From the IMG/VR virus record IMGVR_UViG_3300029286_001043, positions 28,228 through 92,227 of that record: a stretch of 64,000 nucleotides of DNA. One strand, 5' to 3'. This document shows, piece by piece, positions 38,398 to 47,601 of this stretch; the first letter of the stretch is position 1, and the number at the start of each line of letters is the position of its first letter. The stretch is from a virus (Duplodnaviria; Heunggongvirae; Uroviricota; Caudoviricetes). The position numbers and the translations under genes were made by a program. Under the pieces are notes generated by a model that was given only the letters and a program-made list of their open reading frames with translations, was not told the DNA's origin and did not search any database.

Positions 38398-38895
38398 TTA
38401 TTTACTCCCAGTTTTTATCCTTCGGCAATACTCAGCAATAAGTAATCCATCCGCATCTTTAAACCCTTTAAATTCCACTTTAGGAAATAATCTTTTAGCC
38501 ACATCAAGAGAGGCAATCTTCAATTCCTCTTTATGCAATCCATGTGGGAGTAATTCCTTTTGCCACTCCTTGCTATCCGTAACTTCATATCCAATTTCGG
38601 TTTCTTCTAATGCCAGTATTGTTGCTTCATAAGCCCGTAATGCCGAGGCTGTCGCATTAAACATCGAGGGATTAACAAGTGGTCGTTCAATTAAAGCATT
38701 AATTTTGCAAGCTGAATAACTACACAATAATTCAAATAATTCTTTATAATCTATACGGTTTAAAAACTTCTTTTCTTTAGTATAATTCAAACACTTCTTT
38801 ATCGGAGTATGCAGAAATTTAACTTCTTCATCAGAAGTTATTATCCCAATAGAACCTGAAACTCCGTTATCTATCCCGATCCAAACTGTTATCAT
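38398..38895 (-). CDS. RuvC-like Holliday junction resolvase
   Basis: N-terminal WIGIDNGVSGSIGI (RuvC GIDPG-type catalytic Asp). C-terminal DADGLLIAEY. Confidence 0.55.
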   Translation of the reverse strand: MITVWIGIDNGVSGSIGIITSDEEVKFLHTPIKKCLNYTKEKKFLNRIDYKELFELLCSYSACKINALIERPLVNPSMFNATASALRAYEATILALEETEIGYEVTDSKEWQKELLPHGLHKEELKIASLDVAKRLFPKVEFKGFKDADGLLIAEYCRRIKTGSK

Positions 38896-39509
38896 TCGAA
38901 TAATCTCCGGTGTTCACGGCCAGAATATCTTAGTTCATTAGTTAAACAGTAATTCCAAACATCTCGACATTCAATTTTGTTAAAAGATCCATTTACATCT
39001 GACGGCATAACAATGATTCTAGAGTATTTGGCCGCTTTAAACATATCAATGTTAGTTATATCAAAGAACGTATTAATATGAAGCTGGGTGTCCCGCTCAC
39101 TACCCTGCCATTCAAATTTATAATACCCATTAGAAAATCTATAATTTCTCATCCACCGATAGTTATCATGATTTAAATGTTCTTTATTCGGCTTTATAAC
39201 CAGTGTTGTTTTATCGACCAATGGAATTAAAATCGTTCGATCTAAATCGAGATCAGTCATACGACCTGAGGTTTCAATAATAACATTCTTATTCCCGATT
39301 TTTGTAATCAACTCACAAAGATCTTTTAATTGCCTAAACGGCTTTCCGGTTATAGTAATTACTTCGCCAACACCCTGATGCAATATATCTGCTAATTCAA
39401 ATAAATCAGTAACTTTACCTGCTTCATCCAATTCTAAAACTACAGTAGGAATCCCGGACTTCGGAGACTCTCCTCTTAGAGTAGACTCAATCTTGGCGAT
39501 CTTTAACAT
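38892..39509 (-). CDS. hypothetical protein
   Basis: 205-aa ORF. Confidence 0.4.
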   Translation of the reverse strand: MLKIAKIESTLRGESPKSGIPTVVLELDEAGKVTDLFELADILHQGVGEVITITGKPFRQLKDLCELITKIGNKNVIIETSGRMTDLDLDRTILIPLVDKTTLVIKPNKEHLNHDNYRWMRNYRFSNGYYKFEWQGSERDTQLHINTFFDITNIDMFKAAKYSRIIVMPSDVNGSFNKIECRDVWNYCLTNELRYSGREHRRLFE

Positions 39510-39683
39510 TGTACTCTCTCTTTCATTTTAGTACAGAAGAAATTAACGTATAAGTTTCCCAACCTTCTAAATATTTTTAATTGTTTTCCCCGTATTCCTT
39601 TTACCCCCGATATTCCCTGTATTTCCTTTAGTATTTCGTCCTTACATTTTCTACTCTCGCTCATCATAATCCTCCTGGTGAAA

Positions 39684-42608
39684 TTAAGAATATAAACTAC
39701 TTACTCCGGATCTTTTTATAATGTTTAAAGTCGAATCAGAATACGAACTCAATTCGGGCGTATGGGATATTACAAGAACAACCTTGTCTTGTCCTTCACT
39801 ATGTAACATTGCCCCGATATTTTCTTCGCCTTGACGATCCAAATATGAAAACAATTCATCAAATATTAATAAACCTAAAACCCCAGTCTTTAATCCATGT
39901 CGATTCGCTAACCATTTGTTCAAAGCTAAACAGAGAGATACGTCGCATCGTCTCTTTTCTCCACCACTGAGCGCATCGTATTTTCGGGTATTCCCGTCTA
40001 TATTTATTTCTAGATTTAATTTATTACGATCTTCTCCTGATTTTAAAACCTTAGTAGGACTTACAACGATACTCATATCGCCATTTGACGCACTAGACAA
40101 ATAAGCATTAACTAATAAATTGAACTGATTGCAAAAGCGATCCAATAATAAACCACGAATACCCTTCGAAGAAAAGGCGTGTTTCCAGAAATTAAATATT
40201 TCAATATCACTATTTAAATTATTAACATCTTTTTCTATATTAGAAGATTCTATGACCTGTTCAGCTAAAACCGCAATAATAACTTTCTGATCTCGAACTA
40301 CTTTATCCGCACGATTATTAACATCGGCTATAGTATTTTTGCATTCTCGTATTAACGATAGATAATTATCAATTTGAGAATCGATTGAATTTTTTCTTAA
40401 CTGATTTTCTTGTATTAATTTATCCTGATTCATTTTATCCAGTATTAAGAAATTCTTTTCGTTTTTAATTTCCTTTATTACTTGAGTATAGTTTATTCTA
40501 TTTAGGTTAAAAATTGCAAGTTTATCCTCAAGTTGTTTCTTATTTCCATATAATATAGTTAAGTGATTATGAAGGTCTTTATTGCTATTTCCTAATAATT
40601 GTATCTCTTTATTCTTGTCCTCAACAAACAAAGAAATATTATGCTTTTCAATTGTTGACCCACATTTATCACACCGACTTCCTAAATGACTATTATTCAA
40701 TGAATTAATTTCGCGGTTTAATTCTTCAATTTGATTAGTATTAAATTTAAGTGTATGTTCTAATTCAGTTATCTCAGCCGAAAATTCCTCTTTTTCGGTT
40801 CTAATAACATCTAATTCTTTACTAACGTCTTCAATCATAATTTCATATTTATCTTCACGTTCTTTTAATCCTGATAATTTAACATCAAAATCAATAATTT
40901 TAATCTCTTCTACCGTAACACTGCTCGCCTTTAACTCAGTTATCTTACCTTTATATTCTTCTAACTTAGTATTGTGATCTTTAATCCAATCGTTCATAGT
41001 ATCTAACTCGTTATTGAGAAGTTCAATCTTATTCTTATTATTAGATATTTCATTGTCTACTGTTTGCTTCTGTAATTTTAACTCTTCTTGTAAATCTCCA
41101 TTGTTATTGATCTTATCCACTATTATATCATGTAAATCATCATACGTTTCAAATCCTAATAAATTTGTAATCATATTAGTCTTCTCGGCATCAGAAAAAC
41201 TAGTCAAGGCTTTCAAATTCTCTTGACTAAAATAACAAGAAGATAGGAAAGTATTCTTATCAAATCCTAATATACTATTTAAAATTGCCTGCCTGTCATT
41301 CTGTTTAAGTCCTTCAGTAAGTTCTTGTTCAAATCGGTTCGAAGATATTAATGAAGATTTAAAAATACTTAATCCCCGCTCCCGAGATCTACAAATAAGA
41401 TAATAGTTTTCCGCATCATTAATATCTAAAATAACCTGACAATCCTTTTCACCCCGTCGTATTACGTCGTCGCCAGTTAATCCCTTGGTTGTTTCACCGA
41501 ATAAGCACCAAAATAACGAATCTACAAAACTGGTCTTACCGGACCCGTTACTATCTTTATCTTCATTGTTTCCGGTAATTAAAGTAAACCCATCTTTAAA
41601 GGTATATTTTATTTCACCGATTGACATAAAATCTTTAATACTACACCGAACAATTTTACCTGTAAATATTTTACTTCCTAAATTAGATTTATTTATTAAA
41701 ATTGGTTTTACGATATTAAAATATTCTTCAGATTTATTATTTAATACTATCCATTCCTTTAATATACTTTCAAAATCCTCAGATTTCAATCTCTCATCAA
41801 AAGTCTTAGGAACTATCATACTAACAACATTAGGCAGATTACTCTTCTTATCTGCCCCAACAATCCGGTAATAATTGTAATCGTCGACTACTTCTTCAGC
41901 AGAAACAACGGTTCTGAACTCTGGGTATTTAAGTGGCAGGAAGGTTATTGAATTATCATCGGTGTCTATTAAGTACACACCGCGCGTCCCAGTATCACCG
42001 AAATTTAAATGCATAGGTGATCCAACAATAAAACAATTGTCTGCTAACTTTTCTCTTTGATGAATATGGCCAAAAAATACCATCTTGTTTTGAAGAGATA
42101 ATAATTTCCAATTTACTCCATCCTCAAATGTATAATTGTTTACCTTCGCTCCGATAGGAGTCTGATGAACAACTACTATATCATAATCCTTTATCCTATC
42201 ATAATCTATTTTCTCATTAAACCCGATTAACCTAATTTTTATATCTAAATTTTCGGTAACCGGAACTCGGTCAAAAACATTAGTAGAGAAATGAAACCAC
42301 TCAGGATCAATGCGATTTATCATATCATGATTACCTGGAACAAAGAAGCACGGTACTTTAGACTGATCTAAAGAATTATAAAATTGATGAGCTATATTGA
42401 GTGCTTCGACAGGAATAGAACCTACAGAATGAAAAAGGTCTCCGCCATTAATGAAGACCTTTACCTTATTCTTTACAATTATATCGGTTATTTGTGACAG
42501 AACTTGCTGCTGATCAAATAATCTCTTAGGAAGTAGAGTATCTGAATGCAACCCAAAATTGTTCCATCGATGCAAATGTATATCTGATGCTATACAAATT
42601 TTACTCAT
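39684..42608 (-). CDS. fused Mre11-Rad50 recombination nuclease/ATPase (T4 gp47+gp46 equivalents in one polypeptide)
   Basis: N-terminal phosphoesterase motifs ASDIHLH, GGDLFH, PGNHD, VVHQ, GHIH. Then Rad50 Walker A GNNEDKDSNGSGKTSF, long coiled coil with CDKCGS zinc hook, signature LSGGEKRR, Walker B LLIFDE, H-loop VISHT. 974 aa. Confidence 0.75.
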   Translation of the reverse strand: MSKICIASDIHLHRWNNFGLHSDTLLPKRLFDQQQVLSQITDIIVKNKVKVFINGGDLFHSVGSIPVEALNIAHQFYNSLDQSKVPCFFVPGNHDMINRIDPEWFHFSTNVFDRVPVTENLDIKIRLIGFNEKIDYDRIKDYDIVVVHQTPIGAKVNNYTFEDGVNWKLLSLQNKMVFFGHIHQREKLADNCFIVGSPMHLNFGDTGTRGVYLIDTDDNSITFLPLKYPEFRTVVSAEEVVDDYNYYRIVGADKKSNLPNVVSMIVPKTFDERLKSEDFESILKEWIVLNNKSEEYFNIVKPILINKSNLGSKIFTGKIVRCSIKDFMSIGEIKYTFKDGFTLITGNNEDKDSNGSGKTSFVDSLFWCLFGETTKGLTGDDVIRRGEKDCQVILDINDAENYYLICRSRERGLSIFKSSLISSNRFEQELTEGLKQNDRQAILNSILGFDKNTFLSSCYFSQENLKALTSFSDAEKTNMITNLLGFETYDDLHDIIVDKINNNGDLQEELKLQKQTVDNEISNNKNKIELLNNELDTMNDWIKDHNTKLEEYKGKITELKASSVTVEEIKIIDFDVKLSGLKEREDKYEIMIEDVSKELDVIRTEKEEFSAEITELEHTLKFNTNQIEELNREINSLNNSHLGSRCDKCGSTIEKHNISLFVEDKNKEIQLLGNSNKDLHNHLTILYGNKKQLEDKLAIFNLNRINYTQVIKEIKNEKNFLILDKMNQDKLIQENQLRKNSIDSQIDNYLSLIRECKNTIADVNNRADKVVRDQKVIIAVLAEQVIESSNIEKDVNNLNSDIEIFNFWKHAFSSKGIRGLLLDRFCNQFNLLVNAYLSSASNGDMSIVVSPTKVLKSGEDRNKLNLEINIDGNTRKYDALSGGEKRRCDVSLCLALNKWLANRHGLKTGVLGLLIFDELFSYLDRQGEENIGAMLHSEGQDKVVLVISHTPELSSYSDSTLNIIKRSGVSSLYS

Positions 42609-43356
42609 CTAATTCATTTTCTGTCCATATTAAATATTTCATCGAATTTTCTCGACAGTATTGTTCTCCAGCATTAAACTTTAAAATATTTATAATAGTA
42701 TTTAATTTTTTAGATGGTTTAACTTCAATCAATACTTTACGTTTATCATTATACTCAACTAAAATATCCGGGACATAAATCCGCGCTTCTCCTTTATAAA
42801 TATACGGAATACTAAAATAGCATCGGCCGTACCGCGTAACAGTATAATCATGTTCTAATTTAATGTAAGCTTTTAATTCATACGAAGATTGAAATCTAAT
42901 TTCGCAATTATTTTTATATGATTTAAAATAGCCAGCAATATAACCAATCATTTGATGTTTTTCAACTTTAGATATATATTTAGGATCAGACCAGCATTTT
43001 AAACTACTTATTTTTCTATTTATCTTTAATTTTTTAGCTTTCTTTTTTCCGTGAATATTTTCATATGATCGGTCTTTAAGCTTACTAATTTGATTTAATA
43101 ATAAAATTTTTCGTAAATTATGATATTCTTTAGCGCGTTCAGAACCGTAAATATCTTCATATGTTCTGCCTCGAGTAGGATGATTAGTTGAAAGATTGTG
43201 CCCTAAAAAATATCTCCAAGAATCCTTAGTTTTAACAATTTTAGATTTACCACAGCCGCATAAACAAAAACGGGTCTCTCTCGGCAGCATATGAGTACCC
43301 TTCTTTGCTTTGCTTATATTTCGGCAATGTTTAGCCGTAAATATTATTTTGCCCAT
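42601..43356 (-). CDS. homing endonuclease-like protein (Zn finger + PD-(D/E)xK)
   Basis: CLCGCGK N-terminus. YGSERAKEYHNLRK repeat. VPDILVEYNDKRKVLIEVKPSKKLN core. Confidence 0.6.
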   Translation of the reverse strand: MGKIIFTAKHCRNISKAKKGTHMLPRETRFCLCGCGKSKIVKTKDSWRYFLGHNLSTNHPTRGRTYEDIYGSERAKEYHNLRKILLLNQISKLKDRSYENIHGKKKAKKLKINRKISSLKCWSDPKYISKVEKHQMIGYIAGYFKSYKNNCEIRFQSSYELKAYIKLEHDYTVTRYGRCYFSIPYIYKGEARIYVPDILVEYNDKRKVLIEVKPSKKLNTIINILKFNAGEQYCRENSMKYLIWTENELDE

Positions 43357-43368
43357 TAACCGTATTCC

Positions 43369-43875
43369 TTAATCTATATTAAAATCCTTTAAAAGTAATC
43401 CTGAATCCCGGCCAACAGAATAAACGGATAATACATTTATAATTGGATTAACATTTGCGGTCTCAGCTAATTTTAAATCCAAAATATATCCTTTAACTTC
43501 AAATTTCTCAATTGATTTATCTAATATTTTGATAATACGTAATCTTTTCTTAACATACTTATTCAATACCACCCCATCGACACTATCCTTACATTTATCA
43601 ATTGATTCGCCATATAAATCAGTAACTACAATAGAATCGTCATCAGTCAAATATGCTATAGCAATATACATTGATTCGTTAAAATATTTAAGCATATCAA
43701 CAATTGTTCCATTTTTAAATCCATCCCAGTCCGCAGGAAGATCAACCGTTAACCGGCCTTCATCTTCAGAAACTTTATATTCATTAAATATTTCTAAGTA
43801 AGATGGTGGGGCAGAAACCAGATCAGTCTGCTTTTTCCTAATAACTAATTCAATCTTAAACAATTCTAAAGCCAC
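43369..43875 (-). CDS. hypothetical protein
   Basis: 168-aa ORF. Confidence 0.35.
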   Translation of the reverse strand: MALELFKIELVIRKKQTDLVSAPPSYLEIFNEYKVSEDEGRLTVDLPADWDGFKNGTIVDMLKYFNESMYIAIAYLTDDDSIVVTDLYGESIDKCKDSVDGVVLNKYVKKRLRIIKILDKSIEKFEVKGYILDLKLAETANVNPIINVLSVYSVGRDSGLLLKDFNID

Positions 43876-43883
43876 AACGCCTC

Positions 43884-44186
43884 CTATCTATTCGTCCAGA
43901 TGAAAAGAATATTATCCTTAATCGCAAATTTTATATACGTCTTAATCCCTAAATGCTTAGCAGCAGTCCGGATACCGATCTTTATAGTATTGATCTTGCC
44001 TTTATTCGCGCCAGTAATATCCATTTGAACGCACTTAGAAGAATCAATTATTTTTAGAGTATCGATTATCGGATTGTATTTACTCTTGCTCCTCTGTAAC
44101 ATCTCCAATTCGGCAGTTCTGTCAACTACACATATTCCATCAGGAAGAATCGGTAAAACATTATCTAATTTCTGGCCTTTTCTCAT
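43884..44186 (-). CDS. hypothetical protein
   Basis: 100-aa ORF. Confidence 0.35.
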   Translation of the reverse strand: MRKGQKLDNVLPILPDGICVVDRTAELEMLQRSKSKYNPIIDTLKIIDSSKCVQMDITGANKGKINTIKIGIRTAAKHLGIKTYIKFAIKDNILFIWTNR

Positions 44187-44890
44187 TTCTTCCCCCCGGT
44201 CGTATAAAATTCAATTGTCATGCTCTTACAATTTTCCTTTAATTCACAAGCAATACAGTCTGGGTTAATTGGGTTAAATTTCTGCCCGAAACATTCCTTT
44301 TTAACCGCTGGTTTATCTTCCTTTTTATCAACTTTATTTTGGCCAGTCGGTTCAGAACTTGCACCACTCATCATATCATTAATCCTGGTGGCAGTAGGAA
44401 TTTCAAACTTTGTTTCAAGATCGATAAAATTATCAATCATCTTCTTTTTTAAATCTTCGCTAATCACTTTGCTTTCCTTCATCGGAAGTACTTCATAAGT
44501 AGTATCGAGCTTAGTACCCTTTCTAGTAATTACTATATCATACTCAGTAATCTCGCCGTATTTCTGAACTAAATTCTGAAACTTGCGCTTCAAAGTTATT
44601 CCAAACTTCAAGATCTTAATATTCTCATCCTTTCGGTCAAGAATGTTAATGTAATAATGCAATTTAGGCATATTACCTGCCGCGCATAATGGACAGCCGT
44701 CTCCCATACATAATATATATTTCATCTTCGCTTCAGGAACATAATGAACATTCCTAAATATATATTGGCCTAATAACCGAATTAAATTATCACCCTCATC
44801 GAGAGTTTTAAATTCGTCTTTACCGAAAATCTCTTTCTCCTGTGCTGAATCTTCCCAGGTCTTTGCTTTAAACATATTCTGCTCTGCCAT
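44183..44890 (-). CDS. putative single-stranded DNA-binding protein (T4 gp32-like) with Zn motif and acidic C-terminal region
   Basis: GDNLIRLLGQ...HY...CMGDGCPLC parallels gp32 GQAVIRFLP...H...C...C..C. Weak. Confidence 0.4.
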   Translation of the reverse strand: MAEQNMFKAKTWEDSAQEKEIFGKDEFKTLDEGDNLIRLLGQYIFRNVHYVPEAKMKYILCMGDGCPLCAAGNMPKLHYYINILDRKDENIKILKFGITLKRKFQNLVQKYGEITEYDIVITRKGTKLDTTYEVLPMKESKVISEDLKKKMIDNFIDLETKFEIPTATRINDMMSGASSEPTGQNKVDKKEDKPAVKKECFGQKFNPINPDCIACELKENCKSMTIEFYTTGGKK

Positions 44891-44891
44891 T

Positions 44892-45305
44892 TTACTCCTC
44901 CTTAGTTAATAATTCTGGGTTTTCGTAAATATTACCAATAACTTCGCCATTGTTCGCTATTTCTGAAATATATTTAGTAAAAGGAATCGGAATAAATCTT
45001 CCTTCTTGAAATTCAATAAAAAATATCTTCTTTATTTTTAGTACATCACTTGTAAATTTAATCACATCACCCTCGTAAATCTCCTTGCCATTCTTATCAA
45101 GCAAGCCAGTGAATTGCATAAGTTCTATTTCGTCTAATTTACAGAAATGACCGTTATTATTATCTAACTGAACGACAAAATCTCCTTGAATAGAAACTTC
45201 AGTAGGGGCACTTCCGACAAGAAAAGCACCGAGCCGGGTTAAAACGTCTACTACCCCCAGTATCTTTTCGGTTTTATGCCAAGCTCTAAATTTGATCTCT
45301 CTCAT
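44892..45305 (-). CDS. YopX-family protein
   Basis: N-terminal MREIKFRAW, 137 aa. Confidence 0.6.
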   Translation of the reverse strand: MREIKFRAWHKTEKILGVVDVLTRLGAFLVGSAPTEVSIQGDFVVQLDNNNGHFCKLDEIELMQFTGLLDKNGKEIYEGDVIKFTSDVLKIKKIFFIEFQEGRFIPIPFTKYISEIANNGEVIGNIYENPELLTKEE

Positions 45306-45306
45306 T

Positions 45307-45753
45307 TTAATTATCCGTTTTTGGCGTCGCTAAAAATATATCGACATCGCGCTCAAATATGCTCTTCATAATATAATGACCTGCCATTATATCTTCTCGA
45401 ATATTCCTTAAATAATTGCGATACAACTCACCCTTACGTAATTCATCGCCGATTAAGATATATTCAGTATTGTTCTCAGCAACGCGCTTCTTCCCGGCTT
45501 CAGATGTTTCATTAGATTCACTTAATAATTTTGAATAATTCAATTTCATTTTAGTCTCTATTTCGCGATTATGATTATCAGTACCCATTATACACTCGTC
45601 AATAGAAGATACTAGAGACCAGTACTTAACTGCTAATTTTCGGGCAGATTCATATCCTGAACATTTATCAGTATCTACATCCAGTTCTCTTTTGATATTC
45701 AAAAGACCATTTACTATACTAATTATCTCGTCTAACGGTTTTGTCTTTAACAT
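45307..45753 (-). CDS. hypothetical protein
   Basis: 148-aa ORF. Confidence 0.35.
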   Translation of the reverse strand: MLKTKPLDEIISIVNGLLNIKRELDVDTDKCSGYESARKLAVKYWSLVSSIDECIMGTDNHNREIETKMKLNYSKLLSESNETSEAGKKRVAENNTEYILIGDELRKGELYRNYLRNIREDIMAGHYIMKSIFERDVDIFLATPKTDN

Positions 45754-45800
45754 ATTGTCTCCTCTATTATAGGATATTCTTATTTATAGTATTTTTGCAA

Positions 45801-47108
45801 CTATTTTTTGTCTTCGTTATCAAGAAGCCAGATCGTAAACTTATAGTTTTCAGGCACGGTATCAAAATTACCAGCTCTTAAATAATCAACCTCAGCTTTT
45901 GAAGAGATCTTCGGGCAATAAACCATAGCATAAGTAGTTCGCCTATTTATTAATGCCTTTAACATTTCATAGTGTCTTTCGTAAATATGGAAAGAATCCA
46001 CAAAATGATAATATTCGCCGTACTCTAATTCCGGATATGTATACTTAAGACTAATAAACATCATTTCATGTATAAATGAAAAAGTTGGTAAATCACTACC
46101 TAATCCGAGTATACTGTCTTGGGATCTCATTTTCACAGTCATATTTAATTTATTATTTCGTATTCTAAAACTAATGTTATACGTGCATGGTATTTCCTTC
46201 ATCTTCTCATTCCTAGTATGATAAGGTTGAAGAATAATAATCGCAGCTCTTCTAGAATCTTTATCTTTAATAAGAGCTTTTAAAACATAATCAAATTGGT
46301 TTTCTTGCCCGAAAATATATTGTCCATAATTAGAATTTATCGACCCGTCTTCATTAATAAATTCTTTCCACATTTTAGCATATTCACAAATAGAAATATC
46401 AAATTTATCGCCTTTAAGATACCATAAAAATTCCTTTTTAATATAATTAATATTTAATTTTCGCGGTTCAAAATTAGTAAATCTTACATATGGTGGAAAT
46501 ATATATGAAAAATTCTCAATTTCTTTGACTTTCAATCCTCTAGGAGCAGATTCTTTTCCATATTTATTCAGTACTCTATATATTTTTAATAATAAATTTC
46601 GATGATGTTTTTCGCCATGTAAAAATCCCCATTCTTCATTTTTTCTTTTAACTGTTTCTTTTTGTTTATTAATTGTAAATTCTGATTTTCTTTTACCGAA
46701 CATAGGATTACCCTCCCCAATATTCATTTCTCTAACCTTTATTCGTCCTTCTTCTGTTTTCATCCATGATTTTTCGCCAATTTTCTGTTTACTTTCATCA
46801 GTATGAGTTTTACCGAACATACCATTTTTCGGACCTAATAATGTCGCGCCGAATGCTTCATTCTTAATATTATAAGATTTTATATCGTCAGCCGCATTAC
46901 ATTCCTTTAATAACCGTTCTTCTTCCGTCCTATAGTTTTCCCCAAAATATAAGATCTCTCTTCGGTATTTATCAATTCCATGTTTCTTAATTGCATGATT
47001 AAAAATCCGGCTAGAACTAATATATCCGTCTTCAGGATTGCCGCCATGAGACCCTATATAATATTTGCATGTTTCTATATTAACCCATTTATAAACAAAC
47101 CCAATCAT
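45801..47108 (-). CDS. in-frame fusion: GIY-YIG/NUMOD3 homing-endonuclease module (aa 1-~160) + complete thymidylate-synthase-family domain (TS or dCMP hydroxymethylase-like)
   Basis: GFVYKW...KYYIGS (GIY-YIG). GPKNGMFGKTHTDESKQKIGEKS and GEGNPMFGKRKSEF (NUMOD3). Then LLKIYRVLNKYG..., EFLWYLKGDKF, YGQYIFGQ, DSRRAAIIILQPYH, IPCTYN, RSQDSILGLGSDLPTFSFIHEMM match TS blocks (ELLWFLKGDTN, YGFQWR, SRR, PCH, RSxD..LGxPFN). No in-frame start codon between the modules. Confidence 0.7.
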   Translation of the reverse strand: MIGFVYKWVNIETCKYYIGSHGGNPEDGYISSSRIFNHAIKKHGIDKYRREILYFGENYRTEEERLLKECNAADDIKSYNIKNEAFGATLLGPKNGMFGKTHTDESKQKIGEKSWMKTEEGRIKVREMNIGEGNPMFGKRKSEFTINKQKETVKRKNEEWGFLHGEKHHRNLLLKIYRVLNKYGKESAPRGLKVKEIENFSYIFPPYVRFTNFEPRKLNINYIKKEFLWYLKGDKFDISICEYAKMWKEFINEDGSINSNYGQYIFGQENQFDYVLKALIKDKDSRRAAIIILQPYHTRNEKMKEIPCTYNISFRIRNNKLNMTVKMRSQDSILGLGSDLPTFSFIHEMMFISLKYTYPELEYGEYYHFVDSFHIYERHYEMLKALINRRTTYAMVYCPKISSKAEVDYLRAGNFDTVPENYKFTIWLLDNEDKK

Positions 47109-47390
47109 TTAATCTCCTTTTTCATTTTTTGACCACGCTAATACTTGATACATTGAAAATATATCGTTTTCAGATAACCCAGCAATCTTAGCTAATTTTA
47201 ATAATCTACCCATCATTTCAACTAATTCGTACTTTCGATCTAAATTATCTAATCCACCGGGATTAATACAATCATGATCGAAATTATCACAATTTTGAAA
47301 CATTACTTCCAATTTATTTGTAAAATCACGGTTATCCCAATTAGTTACTGTACTTTTTCGTTCCGCTTCTAATTTGTCAACATCTAACAT
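47109..47390 (-). CDS. hypothetical protein
   Basis: 93-aa ORF abutting the fusion gene. Confidence 0.35.
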   Translation of the reverse strand: MLDVDKLEAERKSTVTNWDNRDFTNKLEVMFQNCDNFDHDCINPGGLDNLDRKYELVEMMGRLLKLAKIAGLSENDIFSMYQVLAWSKNEKGD

Positions 47391-47561
47391 CTAAGAGACT
47401 CCATCTAAAAGGTTATAATAATTACCATTAATCTTATTTATACTCGGCCTAAGCTTCTCAAGTTGTTCAATTGACAACTCTTTAACTATGTCGTCTACAT
47501 TAACTGCTATTTGAACTAATAATTCTCGTTCCTTCAAATTCACTTTAGCCTCGTCAGTTAT

Positions 47562-47598
47562 ATCCTAAATATAAAACTGGGGAGAAATCCCCAGTTTC
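47562..47598 (-). terminator. Rho-independent terminator after the SPFH gene
   Basis: AAACTGGGGAgaaaTCCCCAGTTT perfect 10-bp stem (47573-47596), followed on the minus-strand RNA by UUUUAUAUUU, just 3' of the stop at 47602. Confidence 0.6.
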
Positions 47599-47601
47599 GG
47601 C

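Noticed and set aside
3869-44498. All plus-strand ORFs in the track (e.g. 3869..4078, 5143..5331, 7317..7499, 8064..8246, 8598..8813, 10223..10564, 13625..13807, 14178..14462, 17793..18158, 24861..25178, 38168..38632, 41485..41871, 44220..44498)
   Set aside because: Each lies entirely inside a longer minus-strand gene with clear homology or coding character. They have low-complexity or hydrophobic translations typical of antisense frames in AT-rich DNA, and no RBS was evident. Treated as artefacts.
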